Shown here in pieces: positions 1 through 13,000 of a stretch of 64,000 bases of DNA. The translations under genes and the position numbers were made by a program. The DNA is from a virus. Lineage: Duplodnaviria > Caudoviricetes. The notes under the pieces were generated by a model, which was not told the origin of the DNA, searched no databases, and saw nothing but the letters and a program-made list of their open reading frames with translations. Where the stretch lies: positions 24,800 to 88,799 of the IMG/VR virus record IMGVR_UViG_3300028549_001137; one strand, written 5' to 3'. Each line of letters starts with the position of its first letter. The stretch's first letter is position 1.

Positions 1-3000
1 GAAGGGACGGATGGTACTTATATATATGGGTACGTAGACTATACTATGGAAGCTGGTAGTTTGTTAATAGATAAAGAAAATGTGGTTATTTTAGGATCAA
101 ATGGTTATATGATAATAGATGTAGTTCATCCGTATTTAAATAATGTATTAAAACCTTGGGAAGTAGAGAAGATAGAAATCCACTTTCTTGATGACGAAGG
201 TAATACTTCTAGTACATGTGAAATGGAAATAGTGTGTCATGGTGCATCTGGTACTATAGGTCCGCAACAATTAATTATAAAACCAAAAAATATGGGGGAT
301 TATCATTCAGTGTGTGAGGCCTCCGCTATAGTAGTATTACAAAATATAACTTACACTGAAAGAAGGAGTTTTGATGAAAAACCTGAAGAAACTGAATTTT
401 TAATAAAGTATAATAAAACTCCTAAAATCGATATATTGTCAAAAGGTGATTTAGTTATGGATGATAATGGTTTTACTATTCATAATTTTCAATTTACTTT
501 TACACCCACTGTGGTTATTACTAATAGTAAAGGAATACCGTTTACTTCATACAAAACAAAACCTATAGGAGATGTTAAACAAGTTTTTTGTCCGTCAGTT
601 GAGATTATGTTTTCTTGGGGGGCTAATGCTATTGTTTATGATAATGATCCTTGGTGTAGGTGTTGTGGTCCATGGAAACAAATAAATATGTATTCTGTTA
701 ATGGAACAGATTTTAGTAGTGTTGGGGCTACATCAGGTGGGCCTAAGTGTTCTGATCATCCATGGACACCATCTCAATCTTCTGGCCCTATATGGTATCC
801 TTTTAATTCTTGCGAATCATACGCAACTTATGATCAGATTAATAACCACACTAATACTAGTATAGATATTATGGGGGTGTTCCAATTAAAGGACAGTGAT
901 GACGCGTGGGTTCATGGCCAGCACGATATGAGATTATTAGCTGGTATAAAGAGTATGGGAAGGGAGATGTATGGTTGCGGTATTTTTGGTTGCACTTGTG
1001 GCATGCAGACAGGTAATACTAAAAGATCATCTGATCCTATATTTACAGGCTGGGGAAGAGTTTTCGGTAAAGTTCCAGATATAGAGTACGAAGAGTGGAT
1101 TGAGTATGGAGGGGTAGGACCAAAATTTGGTAATAGACATAGGCAGATACTAAGGACGTATAGAACAATGGATAAGGTAACTTGCTATGATAATAAATCT
1201 CGCGCAACTTCTAAACTAGCTCCAGCATCAATGGTCTTTTCTAAATCAGATGTTACTTCAATTGATGCTACTATGTGGGATTATAGATGCGTTTTAGACG
1301 GTCCAGAGTTGGTCAATCCGTTAGGTTTATTAACAGCGGTTACTTTTGACAGTGTTGGTGTAAATGAAGAGATTGATTATTACAATAGGTTCAGACATGA
1401 TGAGGTTTTTAGAATTACAACACATTCTAATTTACTATATCAAAGGCATACACAAGGTGATTCAGATCAAGTACCAGTCTATGAATTTAAGATGTATATT
1501 GGCGGAGAAAGATCAATTCAATGGGCGTGGCAAGAACCATGGAAAGACATAGAGCGAGGCTTTTCTATAAACTATGATATTAGTTTTTTAGAATTGGTCG
1601 ATAATTACATAAATAATGACACATCTGGTAATTTTAAAAATTGTACTTCTGATGGTAATTGTGTGCTCCAATCTTTGGATGTAACTTATCCAAGTTATAG
1701 ATTTGATTATACATATAAAGAATTCAGGTTGATTCCAGATGAGGGTGAATGTGTATTAAATGTAGTAGCACCAATAAAAAATGAATACACAGGGGAATAT
1801 CAAGGGTTTTTATCTGTACAGCTAAACGGAGGTCCAATACGTGGAATTGGTAGGACTGGTGAATGGTTGAGAAAATCTGACCTATCAGACGCTCAAGATA
1901 CCGAAGACCCAGATAGTGATTTTAGTAAATATAATATAGAATTATATGAAGAGGCTGCTATAGCACTTGTTAATTATATTTCTATTATGCAGGATTATAC
2001 TATTAATCCAAAAAACGTTTGGGCTACTGAAGTAACTTTGTTAGACACTGGGTGTAATAGTAAAGATATGCAAACAGCGGAAGATGACGACAGAATGGTA
2101 GAAACTTATTTTAGAGACGCAAACACTGGTAAACTTATGACTTTAAAAACTCATTTTCAACGAGGCCTTGCTGTTCAAATAAATTCTGGTAGATGGCCGC
2201 TAAAAATTATCCCTATTAATCAGTTACAGTGTGTGGAGGTGTTTGAAGAAGTGATATGTGGTACATACACTACACAGAACATGTCATGGGATTTTGATAA
2301 TATCAAACGAACAGTGGGTAGAGTAAGTATTACTTTTAAATTTGGTTCAGAAGAGTTACAAGTGGAAGGCGGAGAGGATCTCTCTACGCAAGTAAAGAAA
2401 ACATACAAATACTATCATCAACCAAAGGTATCTGTTTATGTCGAAGACATGTTGTTATTTGAAACACCAGCGATGGTTTTGTATAATGGACCAGATGTTG
2501 TAAATTGTGATATAGTTACAAAAACATTCGAATGGGATAATGCTTTCGACTATATCATGGATGGAAAGACAAGTCTTACTATAAAATTTGGTGTCACACC
2601 TACAGAAAAAGAAATCTCTGAATCTGAAATACTAACAGGTATTGAAGGCAGATATATACAGTCAGTTAATTCTGTACACATTAATAATGTGCGTTTACAT
2701 GAAGATGTACTTATTAATGCAACAGAAGACATAAGAGTATGGGAAAGAAAATATTATGTATCTCATGGTAAACATGGTGATTACCCACCACAAGGCACAG
2801 ATGGGGGCGTACTAAGTACAGAACCTGAAAAAGTAGGTGTTTGGCAAAAAGATACTGTAGATGGCACCATAGGCTTATCTTCGTCTAATTCAAATGTTAA
2901 GTGTATGAGTAAAGTGCGTGGTAGATCTGTGGGTAAAACGTATCCTTATGTTACCGATCTATCTGGTGATAGAATTACTATGGAGAACGAACAAAAGCGC

Positions 3001-3633
3001 CTATATGATGAAGCAATGAGTGACGCAGTTGCTGATACTACAATGGTAGGTGTATTGCCTCCAGGTATACAACAGTTATTAGATCATACTAAGGTATCTT
3101 TTACAGGCCCATATGACTTAGCACTGCATAACTCACTATTATCTCCGCTTGCTGATTTAGACCATGGTTTCCCATATGCTGCCGAAGGTCATGAATTTAG
3201 ACCAGGGCCGCCAGAGTATAGTTGGTGTCCTAGTTATGAGTGTCCTTTAGGTTCAGCATTTATTTACATATATTATAATTTAGATGCTGAACTAGGTGAA
3301 GATATTAAGACCAATTTTATGATAGATGAGAATGGAAATGCTACTTGGGGAGGCCCCAGCAATCAAGTACGTTCTTCAAACGATCAGTTTTATTATGGTC
3401 AAGTCCCAAACATGGACCTTATAGAGTCGTATGTTGGTTTAAATATGAGTTATTTTCCAGAAACTTATGGCAGGGACACATCTAGTAGAGTTTATGCAAA
3501 TCCAACATCTAAAATGTCATTTTCAGAACTCAAGCCTTATTCTGAAACCGCATTCACTGTGACTGTTAAGTATACAGAAACTTTTTATGATGATGAGGGT
3601 ATTGGTGTTTCTAGTCCTTTGTCGTGGTGGTAA
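1..3633 (+). CDS. Large probable virion structural protein, 5'-truncated (frame is open from base 1, so the true start lies upstream of the window)
   Basis: Frame 1 has no stop from base 1 (EGTDGTYIYGYVDYT-M46) to TAA 3633. It is beta-rich with a Cys-rich N-terminal part (WCRCCGPW, GCGIFGCTCG) and heads a run of tail-like genes. No family motif recognised. Confidence 0.5.
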   Translation, partial: EGTDGTYIYGYVDYTMEAGSLLIDKENVVILGSNGYMIIDVVHPYLNNVLKPWEVEKIEIHFLDDEGNTSSTCEMEIVCHGASGTIGPQQLIIKPKNMGDYHSVCEASAIVVLQNITYTERRSFDEKPEETEFLIKYNKTPKIDILSKGDLVMDDNGFTIHNFQFTFTPTVVITNSKGIPFTSYKTKPIGDVKQVFCPSVEIMFSWGANAIVYDNDPWCRCCGPWKQINMYSVNGTDFSSVGATSGGPKCSDHPWTPSQSSGPIWYPFNSCESYATYDQINNHTNTSIDIMGVFQLKDSDDAWVHGQHDMRLLAGIKSMGREMYGCGIFGCTCGMQTGNTKRSSDPIFTGWGRVFGKVPDIEYEEWIEYGGVGPKFGNRHRQILRTYRTMDKVTCYDNKSRATSKLAPASMVFSKSDVTSIDATMWDYRCVLDGPELVNPLGLLTAVTFDSVGVNEEIDYYNRFRHDEVFRITTHSNLLYQRHTQGDSDQVPVYEFKMYIGGERSIQWAWQEPWKDIERGFSINYDISFLELVDNYINNDTSGNFKNCTSDGNCVLQSLDVTYPSYRFDYTYKEFRLIPDEGECVLNVVAPIKNEYTGEYQGFLSVQLNGGPIRGIGRTGEWLRKSDLSDAQDTEDPDSDFSKYNIELYEEAAIALVNYISIMQDYTINPKNVWATEVTLLDTGCNSKDMQTAEDDDRMVETYFRDANTGKLMTLKTHFQRGLAVQINSGRWPLKIIPINQLQCVEVFEEVICGTYTTQNMSWDFDNIKRTVGRVSITFKFGSEELQVEGGEDLSTQVKKTYKYYHQPKVSVYVEDMLLFETPAMVLYNGPDVVNCDIVTKTFEWDNAFDYIMDGKTSLTIKFGVTPTEKEISESEILTGIEGRYIQSVNSVHINNVRLHEDVLINATEDIRVWERKYYVSHGKHGDYPPQGTDGGVLSTEPEKVGVWQKDTVDGTIGLSSSNSNVKCMSKVRGRSVGKTYPYVTDLSGDRITMENEQKRLYDEAMSDAVADTTMVGVLPPGIQQLLDHTKVSFTGPYDLALHNSLLSPLADLDHGFPYAAEGHEFRPGPPEYSWCPSYECPLGSAFIYIYYNLDAELGEDIKTNFMIDENGNATWGGPSNQVRSSNDQFYYGQVPNMDLIESYVGLNMSYFPETYGRDTSSRVYANPTSKMSFSELKPYSETAFTVTVKYTETFYDDEGIGVSSPLSWW

Positions 3634-3659
3634 AAATAATACTAAAAGGAGTTCGGTAC

Positions 3660-4073
3660 ATGTATTCTTCAAGATGTGATAAATGTGGTCAATATATGCT
3701 TATAAATTATATATTAACATCTGAGTTGCTATCTTCTGAATTAGCCATATTAATAAATGAAGATGGGACCAAAAATATTGATGGTTTTTCTAATAATGTT
3801 ATTATGGTGTGTCCTTATTGTAGACATACTAAGTATAGTAATTTTGATAAATTGGTTTCAGAGTTTAAATACGAAATAATGAATAAATTATTAAAGCGTA
3901 GAGAATCGGATTCTCATAAGAGGCTGGATAAAACAAAACTAAAAGAGGAGAATGGTGTAAGTTACTGCGGTATGTGTGAGGGTCCTTTTGGTGACGGTTA
4001 CTGTTATAATGACTTGAAGGCCCAATGTATTGTTCGTAATAAACTTACAAAAAACCCTAATTGTGATGCTTGA
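3660..4073 (+). CDS. Small Cys-rich (zinc-finger-like) hypothetical protein
   Basis: GGAG SD precedes ATG 3660 (track start 3624 is GTG). Motifs CDKC, CPYC and CGMC plus two further Cys. Its stop overlaps the next start. Confidence 0.6.
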   Translation: MYSSRCDKCGQYMLINYILTSELLSSELAILINEDGTKNIDGFSNNVIMVCPYCRHTKYSNFDKLVSEFKYEIMNKLLKRRESDSHKRLDKTKLKEENGVSYCGMCEGPFGDGYCYNDLKAQCIVRNKLTKNPNCDA

Positions 4074-7000
4074 CTTTAATTTATTAAAAGAGGCGCATAG
4101 TATTAGTAATGTAGTGTCATGTAGACACGATAATTTAAATGGCTTCCAATCTGACTTTAGTAAGAATGGTGATGTAGATGGGTGGGATGTTTATAGTGGT
4201 GTGTGTATGTATGGATGCTGGAATACTGTGTTATTTGGTACTTCTACTGAAAATTCTTGTTTTATAGGGAGGACTACTCCTTTTGAGTACATTTTAGCAG
4301 AGAAGTACTATATAATTAAGTTTGTTATGAAATTGACAATGTTAGACCAGGCTAAACATAAGGCCCCTACTAAGGGGAAAGTTATGTGGACCACTACTGA
4401 GACTCCTGAGTGGGTAGATGTTAGTTCAAAAGAGTTTGAACTAAACATGTCGGATCAGTGGTACACTTATATAATTAATGTTGGGGAATCTTCACAATGG
4501 CTAGGTAATATTAATAATTTAAGAATATTCCCTATGATAGATGGTTTCCCTGATATTCAGTTTGTTATAAAAAATATTAGAATAGATTCAATTAGTGATT
4601 TTAGTTGTAATAACCACGCCTGCGCGTACTATTCAAAGTACGCTCATCCATGTCAAGGTACTGGAAAGCCTTCGTGTATAACTTCTGGTAAGTTTATCAA
4701 AAAATTTAATACTGTTGCTGGCGTTTCCGATTGTTTAATAGTTAATATTGATGATTATGGGGATGAACATATAAATTTAGGAACAAATGTAAATGTTTCT
4801 GGGGCAGAGATAGCAAAGATAATGATTGACCGTATTAGTAGGTTAAATCTTGGACAATATGCTTATGCTGATGTTCGGTATATAGAAGAGAGAGGTCTTC
4901 TTTCTATATACTCAGGTTCAGTTAGTGCTGAGGCAACAATTACGGTTTCAGGTTCTGCGTCTTTAGCGTTAGGTTTTGTTGATGAAAATAATAATGATAT
5001 CTCGACTTACATGTTAGGTGAATCACCAGCGTCTGGATTTGATTACTCTTCATCTAGAAGACTTAAAGGTTTTGAATTAAATGCTTTAATCAATTCAGAC
5101 ACAGATTCTTGCGCTTACTACCATAACATAGACCAATTCACTGTGGAGGCTGGAAGAAGTGAATTTGCTGAACAAATGACAGCCAATACTTTGGCTATTA
5201 GTGATAGATTAGATCATAATAAGTTAATTGATTGTTCACAGAAAATATTAATTGATTGGTCTCACCCTATCAACGATTCTGGAAGGTTATCTAATATATG
5301 GGTAAATGGTACACATGTATATAAAATGTCGCAATCATCAACACATTGGGCAGACTTTAGTAATAATCCACCATATCCACCAAAAATACTAATTCTTAGA
5401 CCGTATAAAGACGGCTCTGTAAAGATTATACATTCATTAGATATAGAAGACGAGGGGCTGACTACTCGTTACACAGAAATAGAAGTTACTTTTAAAGTAG
5501 TGTGTAATATTTTAGTGAATAAAGGAGACTTAATAGGGTTTTTTAATCTTAATGTTTTAGCTCCGTATTCTAGTAGAACTAAATTACCTAATGCTGTATA
5601 TTACCAAGTAGATGTAGTAGATGGTATGCTACCAACTGATAAATTTACTATTGGTCCTCCAAGGTCTCAAGGCGTGATAGGTCTTGCATATTATGCTAGA
5701 AGTGACAGGCAGCAGACAAATATACAGTTGGAAATTGATATGGGGAAACGTGTTAATATAAAAGAACTTCAAGTTTATGGAAAGAGTTTTTCCAATATCT
5801 ATGAGTATAATGTCGCTTGTTGTCTAGATGTATCTTGGACCGTTGACCTACATAATGAAACTCATATACATGAGTATGGGGGATCTTGTGTCCCGCATGG
5901 GTATGTTGCTCATAGAAATAAAGCTTATGGTATAGAGTGTTTAAGTGATTGTGTAACAACTATAGATGGTGGCAAATGCGGTGATTTTTATACGATTAAA
6001 ACCATACAGCCTGGCTTTATTAAAACATATTTTGATGGTTATGAATGTAATGGGTCAGATCCTGATACCTATTGCGGTATAGAGACTTTTGGAGAACACA
6101 CATATTTCTATGTTAATGGTGATATGGAATGGGCTGGTGGAGGCTGCCCAGGAGATATCGTATCTGTACCACATGCAAAGCATGAGTTTGAAGACTATGG
6201 CGGTGGTAGATTACCAATAAATTATGAGTATGACCCTGTTACATTCTATTTGATGTTTCCTCATACGAAAGATATTGAGGTGCATAAAACTATAATGTAT
6301 TTTAAAGAACCAAAAAACTTTAAACGTTTTTCATTATCTTATTATCTAGGGGAAAATGGTGAGTGGGGGAACGCTGAGGCACCTCATTTTGAATTAATTC
6401 CAGATTATAATATAGTAACATTGGATGGTACAGTGTACTATAAGGGATTTGCGGATGGTGAAAACTCACTTACTCAAAGATTTGAGACTACTTTGTTTAA
6501 TAACCCAGTTGCTTGGTCCGACCCAAACTACTCAAACGGTGAGTGTACTAATTGGGAACTTTTTCAGACTCAAATGAATACTCAGTTTAATATAATAAAA
6601 CATGAGTTTGACCCTGTAAACGCCAAGGGTTTTATGATTTATTGTACATGGCATTTAAGCACTAAAATAACTGAACTAGAATTGTATAGTAAAATAACTG
6701 TTGAGCCTACTTTAATAGATAGTATTAGTTTACTTACATCTATTTATGGTGGTGATTGGAACGAGGTGGTTTTTACTGGGTGTGAGAATAATTCAGAAAA
6801 AATAAGCGCTTATATTTCTGGAAATCCACGTTATTTTAGGATTGAGGTTACACCACAAAGTGAGTTTGAATTAAAAGAGGTAAATGCTGTAATAACAGAC
6901 AGTAGAATAAAATCACTTGGTTGTGGGGACACTCTATTAACTAATTTTGCCCCAAGAGGGGTAGTAGTTAAATCAACCACATTGGATATAGAGAATACGT

Positions 7001-10000
7001 TTAATATTCCTATGGACTTAGTAGTAGATATACCAACTCAATTATTTACAAGTAGTGCAATGTTGTCGTGGTTAAAATTGGATTCAGAAGTATCCACTAT
7101 TAATAGTGAGATTGGACCAGGGGCTATAGTTAGGAAAGTAGATGATTATCAAATTGAGTTATTTGACAGTCAGATAGCAATTAATACACCTTCTTATTAT
7201 CTTAAAAATTTGATAGATAATAAAAACGCTTATGTGCAGGAAAATGGTACCTCGTATCATAGTTTTGGTACTTTACACCATGGTGAAGATATAGGCTATT
7301 CTAATATACCTAATGGTAGAGAAACTGTAGCGGGCTTTAAAGCAGTGTCAAGTAAGTATTGGAAGTTTGGTTCTTATTCTGCTAATGGGTATACTTTAGA
7401 ATCTTTTTCTATTTTTTATGACACATCATCTACCATTATACCTGTAGCCATTAAGGACTTCAGTAGTTATTCTAATAGTACATACTTAGAAGAGGTCATG
7501 TGGTCACAAGAAAATTATTTTGAGGATGGTAAATTACTTTTTATATCTTATCCAGGAGATAGTACTAAGGAAATAAGTAAATTTTTTATAGATGGGGATT
7601 TTGAGATATATGCAGAAGTCAGTTTTAAAACGATTCCTACCATTTGTAGTTGTATTGCTGCCTTATTGAATATCACATCAGCTGAGAACTCTGAGCAACA
7701 GATAGAGTTGTATTATGAGTTTACAACAAATAATTATGCCAATATCGGCTTTAAGTATCATAAACAAAATGATGGTTGGACAACAGTAAAGAGTACTTCT
7801 TACTATCCATATTCTCCAGTATATTTAAAGTTAATTAGAAGTGGTGATGTTTTTACAGCACTATATTCGTATAATATTGTTTATGGTTGGACAACTTTGT
7901 ATACTTGTGTTTATACTGGGTTTAGTAAAAAAGTATATTTTGGAATGGGGACTTTAAATTACGGTTCATCATCTAGTAAATTTGAGACCTACTATAACGA
8001 CCTTAAGATAATTAATACTTGTATGTACTTAAGCGATTTATCTGATGAAGTAGTGGTTACAACCCCATTACCTATAGAAAGTGTATATATCCAATCTGAA
8101 AAAAAAGAAAAAAATGGGTCTTTTGAGACTACTTTTAACAACATAACTAATACTATAGACCCTGTGACAATAATAGATGAAACGTTTACAGAGGGGTTAT
8201 GGTATGATAACTGGAATTACAGTTTAGGAACTCATACTGATAATACTTTTGTAGTGAGAAATGCGTCTATATATCCGTATATAGGCCCAAACGATATTAT
8301 TAGTATTGAAAAAGAGTTTCTTCCAGGAGTAATCAGTTTTGAATTAGAAGTGGATTTTAATTTTGATTTACCAAACAAGATCAAGTATTCTATAGAATTA
8401 TTAAACGATGCTGATGAAGTAGTATTTGAAATATACTTATTAGGATTTGAAACAGACAGATCTTTATTGGAAGGGGCCTCACAAGAGGTAAGTTTTTTAT
8501 TACATGCAGAGAGTCCAGTCCCCACAGTACAACGAATTACAAATGGTAGATCTGGAAAGTCCCCATTGATTTATGAACATAAACTTATTTCAAAAGAAGG
8601 ACTCATTTATAATGATGATGGGTTTAAGTTCATTGTTAAAAAAAGTTATTTAACTTTTACAGAAATAGTACTGAAAAGTACGGACGGATCTATAGAGTAC
8701 TATCGTGGACAAGATGAGGACTCTTTTACAAGTAGGGTAAGTAAGCTACGTATTTCTTATTTAAACCTATCGGATGAATTTATTCATACCCAACTACAGA
8801 ATTGTAGTACCACCTATATTAATTTTATGGCGCTGCCTAAGTTAAGTGATAAAGAACTTATAGTTTTAGAATTTAGTGGGAGTGTGCCAATTGGGACTAT
8901 TAAATTATTAACACGAGAAGGTGATATTAAATATCCAGTAGTACTTTTAAGTAACACCGGTTCCAATGATTATCGGGAGTGGGCAAGGGGTTTTAATACA
9001 ACTGGGTCTCTATCAACAAGTACCCACAATGTCTATAGTAGTGATGTAGCACTTCCAGGTAGCACTTATTTTTTACATAATCCACACGCTGTATTTAATG
9101 ATGATTCTGAAATATTTATCAGTACCGCATCAAAAACTCAGTTTATAGCTTATGATTTTGGTGCAGGTAATGATATGGTTGTGAATAAAATACATATCAA
9201 GACTGCGATTTATAGCCCCCAGCAGTATGATTACTTTCCAGTTTTGCAAGTATATGGTTCTAATACTTATAAAGACAGTATAATTTTAGATGCCTATGGT
9301 TCTCCAGCACAACTATTATTTGATTTAAGTGTAGCAACTTTTTTAACGGAGTTTGAGATAAATTATATTTCAAGTGTAAGTTACGACACTGAAAAACTTT
9401 TTAATAATGATAATAGTTATAGATATTACATTTTTTATTGGCCAGCAGGTGCGTCTAATGAGTCTAAGTCAATATGTTTAGAATACATTGGGTTATACAA
9501 ACACTATGGTTTCGATACTAGTAGTTCTGTAACAAGGTTTAGTAAAAATTATTTTAATTACTTTGCTATAGATTTAGGTAATGTACATAGTTTAGATATA
9601 CTTAGGAATTATGGACCGATAGGGACTCAGGCTTTGTTAGATTTAATGGATCCTAATCACATCAGTTACTCATACACTGACACAGGAGATATTAGTCAAG
9701 TGGATTGGCCAGAGAATAGCCCATCAGTACTATTTAATTTTGAGGATTATGAAGATAAAGCTTTACCATCTAGGTTTATTGAACTGGACGGGTTTTTTAG
9801 TTTATATACCACTGGCGCACCTGTTACACCAGAGAGTTATGTAGGTATAGGTATAAAACTACTTTATTTGGGTGAACGCACTGCTTCTTCTCTTTCGTCG
9901 GTAGGAATAAGTGCATATACCTCCTTTACTACTGTGAACGCTTCCAACTTAGTTAAGGACAACGATTATTTATCTATAGATTTATTAGTGTCCCCCCGGT

Positions 10001-13000
10001 CAAATTTTAATTATGGATACATAGCAATTTCAAGTAGTGATTCGGTAGGGGTAGAGGAATGGCGTTACAATTTTAATAGTTCTGGGGGGGACCCTTTAGA
10101 TCTTTCAAACTGCCTTAGTGAGTCATATCAAACATTTAAATTACCTCTGTCTTATTTTGAGGCAGTAAGTGCAGGTAGTGAACTTAATTTATCTGCCATT
10201 AAAACAGTTAGATTTTTTGTTTACGCAAAACCAGGAGGGGCCACGCTTGGTTGGAGGAATGCTTTTATTACACACCAAAGTATTATTTCTGCAGAAGCAT
10301 CTACATCTCTATTTTTATCTAATAATGATTTTACAATAGAATTTAGGATTAAACGTACCATGCTGGGTTCGGAGGGTATTTTAAGTCAGGTAGATGAGGC
10401 AGACAAAAACTTTTCTTCGTTCTCTTTTGTATTTTCTAAAGATAATTATTTAATTGCTACATTATATGCCTCTAATTTAATTTTTGAATTTATATCAGAG
10501 GTTATGGTAGAAGATACTTTGTGGCATCATATAGCGTTAGTACGTAATGACGTATCAGTATCTTTATATATAGATGGGAGTATACAGTGTACTAAGTCTA
10601 TTGCAAAAGTAGAAATAAATAAATCTACATCTCCTTTAATAATAGGAGGGGCCTGCTATTATAATTTTATTGGTTATATGGATGAATTACGTATTATTAA
10701 TGGTAAATCTGTTTACTATAGTGATTTTATCCCCACTATTGAAGAATACGCTATTGATACAAAAATAGGTAGTAAAGAGGCTGCTCGTTGGGTAAGAATT
10801 GCTATGGAGTGTGGTGATGGTATAAATAGAACTTTACAGTATATAGGTGTTTATGCGGATATAAGAAATGCTTTTTCTCCTACAGGGGGTATTAACTGCG
10901 ATTGGGTACCTATTGGAGACGCGCTATCATGCTATAATGTTGTTCCAGGAAATATTGCACCAAGTGCTTCTGTGATAGGTTATGAGACTATAACTGATTC
11001 TTTTACGTCAGGTATAAGTGATAACTGGAGCCTTATATCTTCTGAGTCTACTAATGACATAATAAATCAAACTGAGTTTTCTGGAAGCCACCCATCTTCT
11101 TTTTGGCGTTCTACTTTTAATTATTTAAATAGTGCTACATCTTCAATAGCACACTCTATTAATTCTTTACGTATAGAATTAGGTAGTAGTGAGGAAGGTA
11201 ATTGTGTTTTTAATACAGAATATTGTTTATTGGATTGCTCTTGCGAACTTGACTATGTTGACCAATCTGTATATATAAATGATGGGTTGTTCCTAAGCTT
11301 ATCAATATACTCTGATACTGGTGATTATTGGTCTATTGTACGCAATAGGTTAACTATCTCTATAGAAAATAATGGGAATAAATATTACAATTACAGTACC
11401 GATGTATCTAATATTACTGGATTCAAAATAAAAAGACTTGGAAGATTGCTTAGTTTTTATGTATATAATAATGATGGTTGGATAGAACTACAGAGTGTGG
11501 GTACACTTACTGCCGATACTTCACCTTTTATATCAGGTTTTGGTGTATACTTTGAGCTTTTAGTAAAAAAACAGGCTATTTATCCGGCCACTGTTATATA
11601 TATAAACAGGGCAGTATTAAAAAATGAGGGCGCTATTGCGCCTATTAGTGCACTGTGGTCTACCGTTACGTCTTCTGGTGTTAATCCTTCAAATATGTTG
11701 GGCTACATAACACCTGAGGTTCCTATTGAGTATGGTCCGATTTTTAGCCCTGGGATAATTAGTACTGGAAACAGAGTAAACTATTTAACATACCGTTACC
11801 AAAATTCAGGGGATGAGGGAGGTGCTGGCCTATCAATAATAGACTACAGAGATAATGAGATATTTGCAACGGCATGTTTTCAGCATGCCTGGGCAATTAA
11901 AAGCGCTGTAGGTTGGGAAGTTGTTAATGATGATATTGTCAAAGGTAGTTGGTGCTATGTAAGAATAGAGTTTAATTGGGATACAGCAACTGCTTTAGTT
12001 ATATGGGGGGATATAGAGACTGGTGAAACAAAAACATATGAGCGAGGCCTAATATATAATACTAATGTGGCTAAGGCTCAAATACGTTCTACTTTTGGAA
12101 AGTCATGGCAAAAAACTTTTTTAGATGTGAAGTTTGATGAAATTGAAGTTTCTCCAAGTATACAGTATATGGCATCATACCATCTAAATAACTGTATCAC
12201 TGGGGATGGTCCAGAAAGTTCAGCAGAGTTTAGATACCATGGCGAAGACGATGTTGGATCTGATTCTATGGCTGATGAATTTGAAAACTGCTGGGGATTT
12301 CCTTACACTGATCCTGTTCCAACTTTAATACTTGACCTAGGGGCAACCTTCAAAGTAGATAAGTTTGTGTTTTATGAGATTGGAAAAAATATGTACCCTA
12401 TTGAATCTTGTAGTGTATATGGCGCAACTACTACTTCTGGTCAATTCTCTTTACTAGTTAGTGATTTAGGTATTGGTCAGGATTATTTTGGTTCAGCTAA
12501 TATCGAACCTACAGATGTTAGGTTGATCAAACTTACTATTAATAAATACTACAGAGGTAGGGAAAATTCTGGTATTGAGTTTATCCCAGTAGTTATTAAT
12601 ACTACATCTAAATACGGAGAGGTTCAAGAGACTATTTTAGATGGTGGTTTTATTAGGGAGTTTGAAGTGTGGACGTCTACAGGTAAAGATATATTGAACA
12701 GCGAAGATCATCCAATAGTTTGTATGGATTTAAAGGATAGGTATAATATTGTAGCCCATAGTATTACTCATGAAATTGATGATGAGTATGATAACGATGA
12801 GCAGTTTTTTCAGTACTCTTCTAATATATCAGACGATCCAAGTCAAGTATCATTTTCAACACAGGGTGGTTATGATCAGGTATTTTCATTTGCTGATTCG
12901 GTTATAGGTGACGAAAATAATGCGGGCCCTTTTGAATTAGGTAGACAGATATTTTTAGATGTGGGCTATTATTCATTTGCTTGGAATACATTTAGATCGG

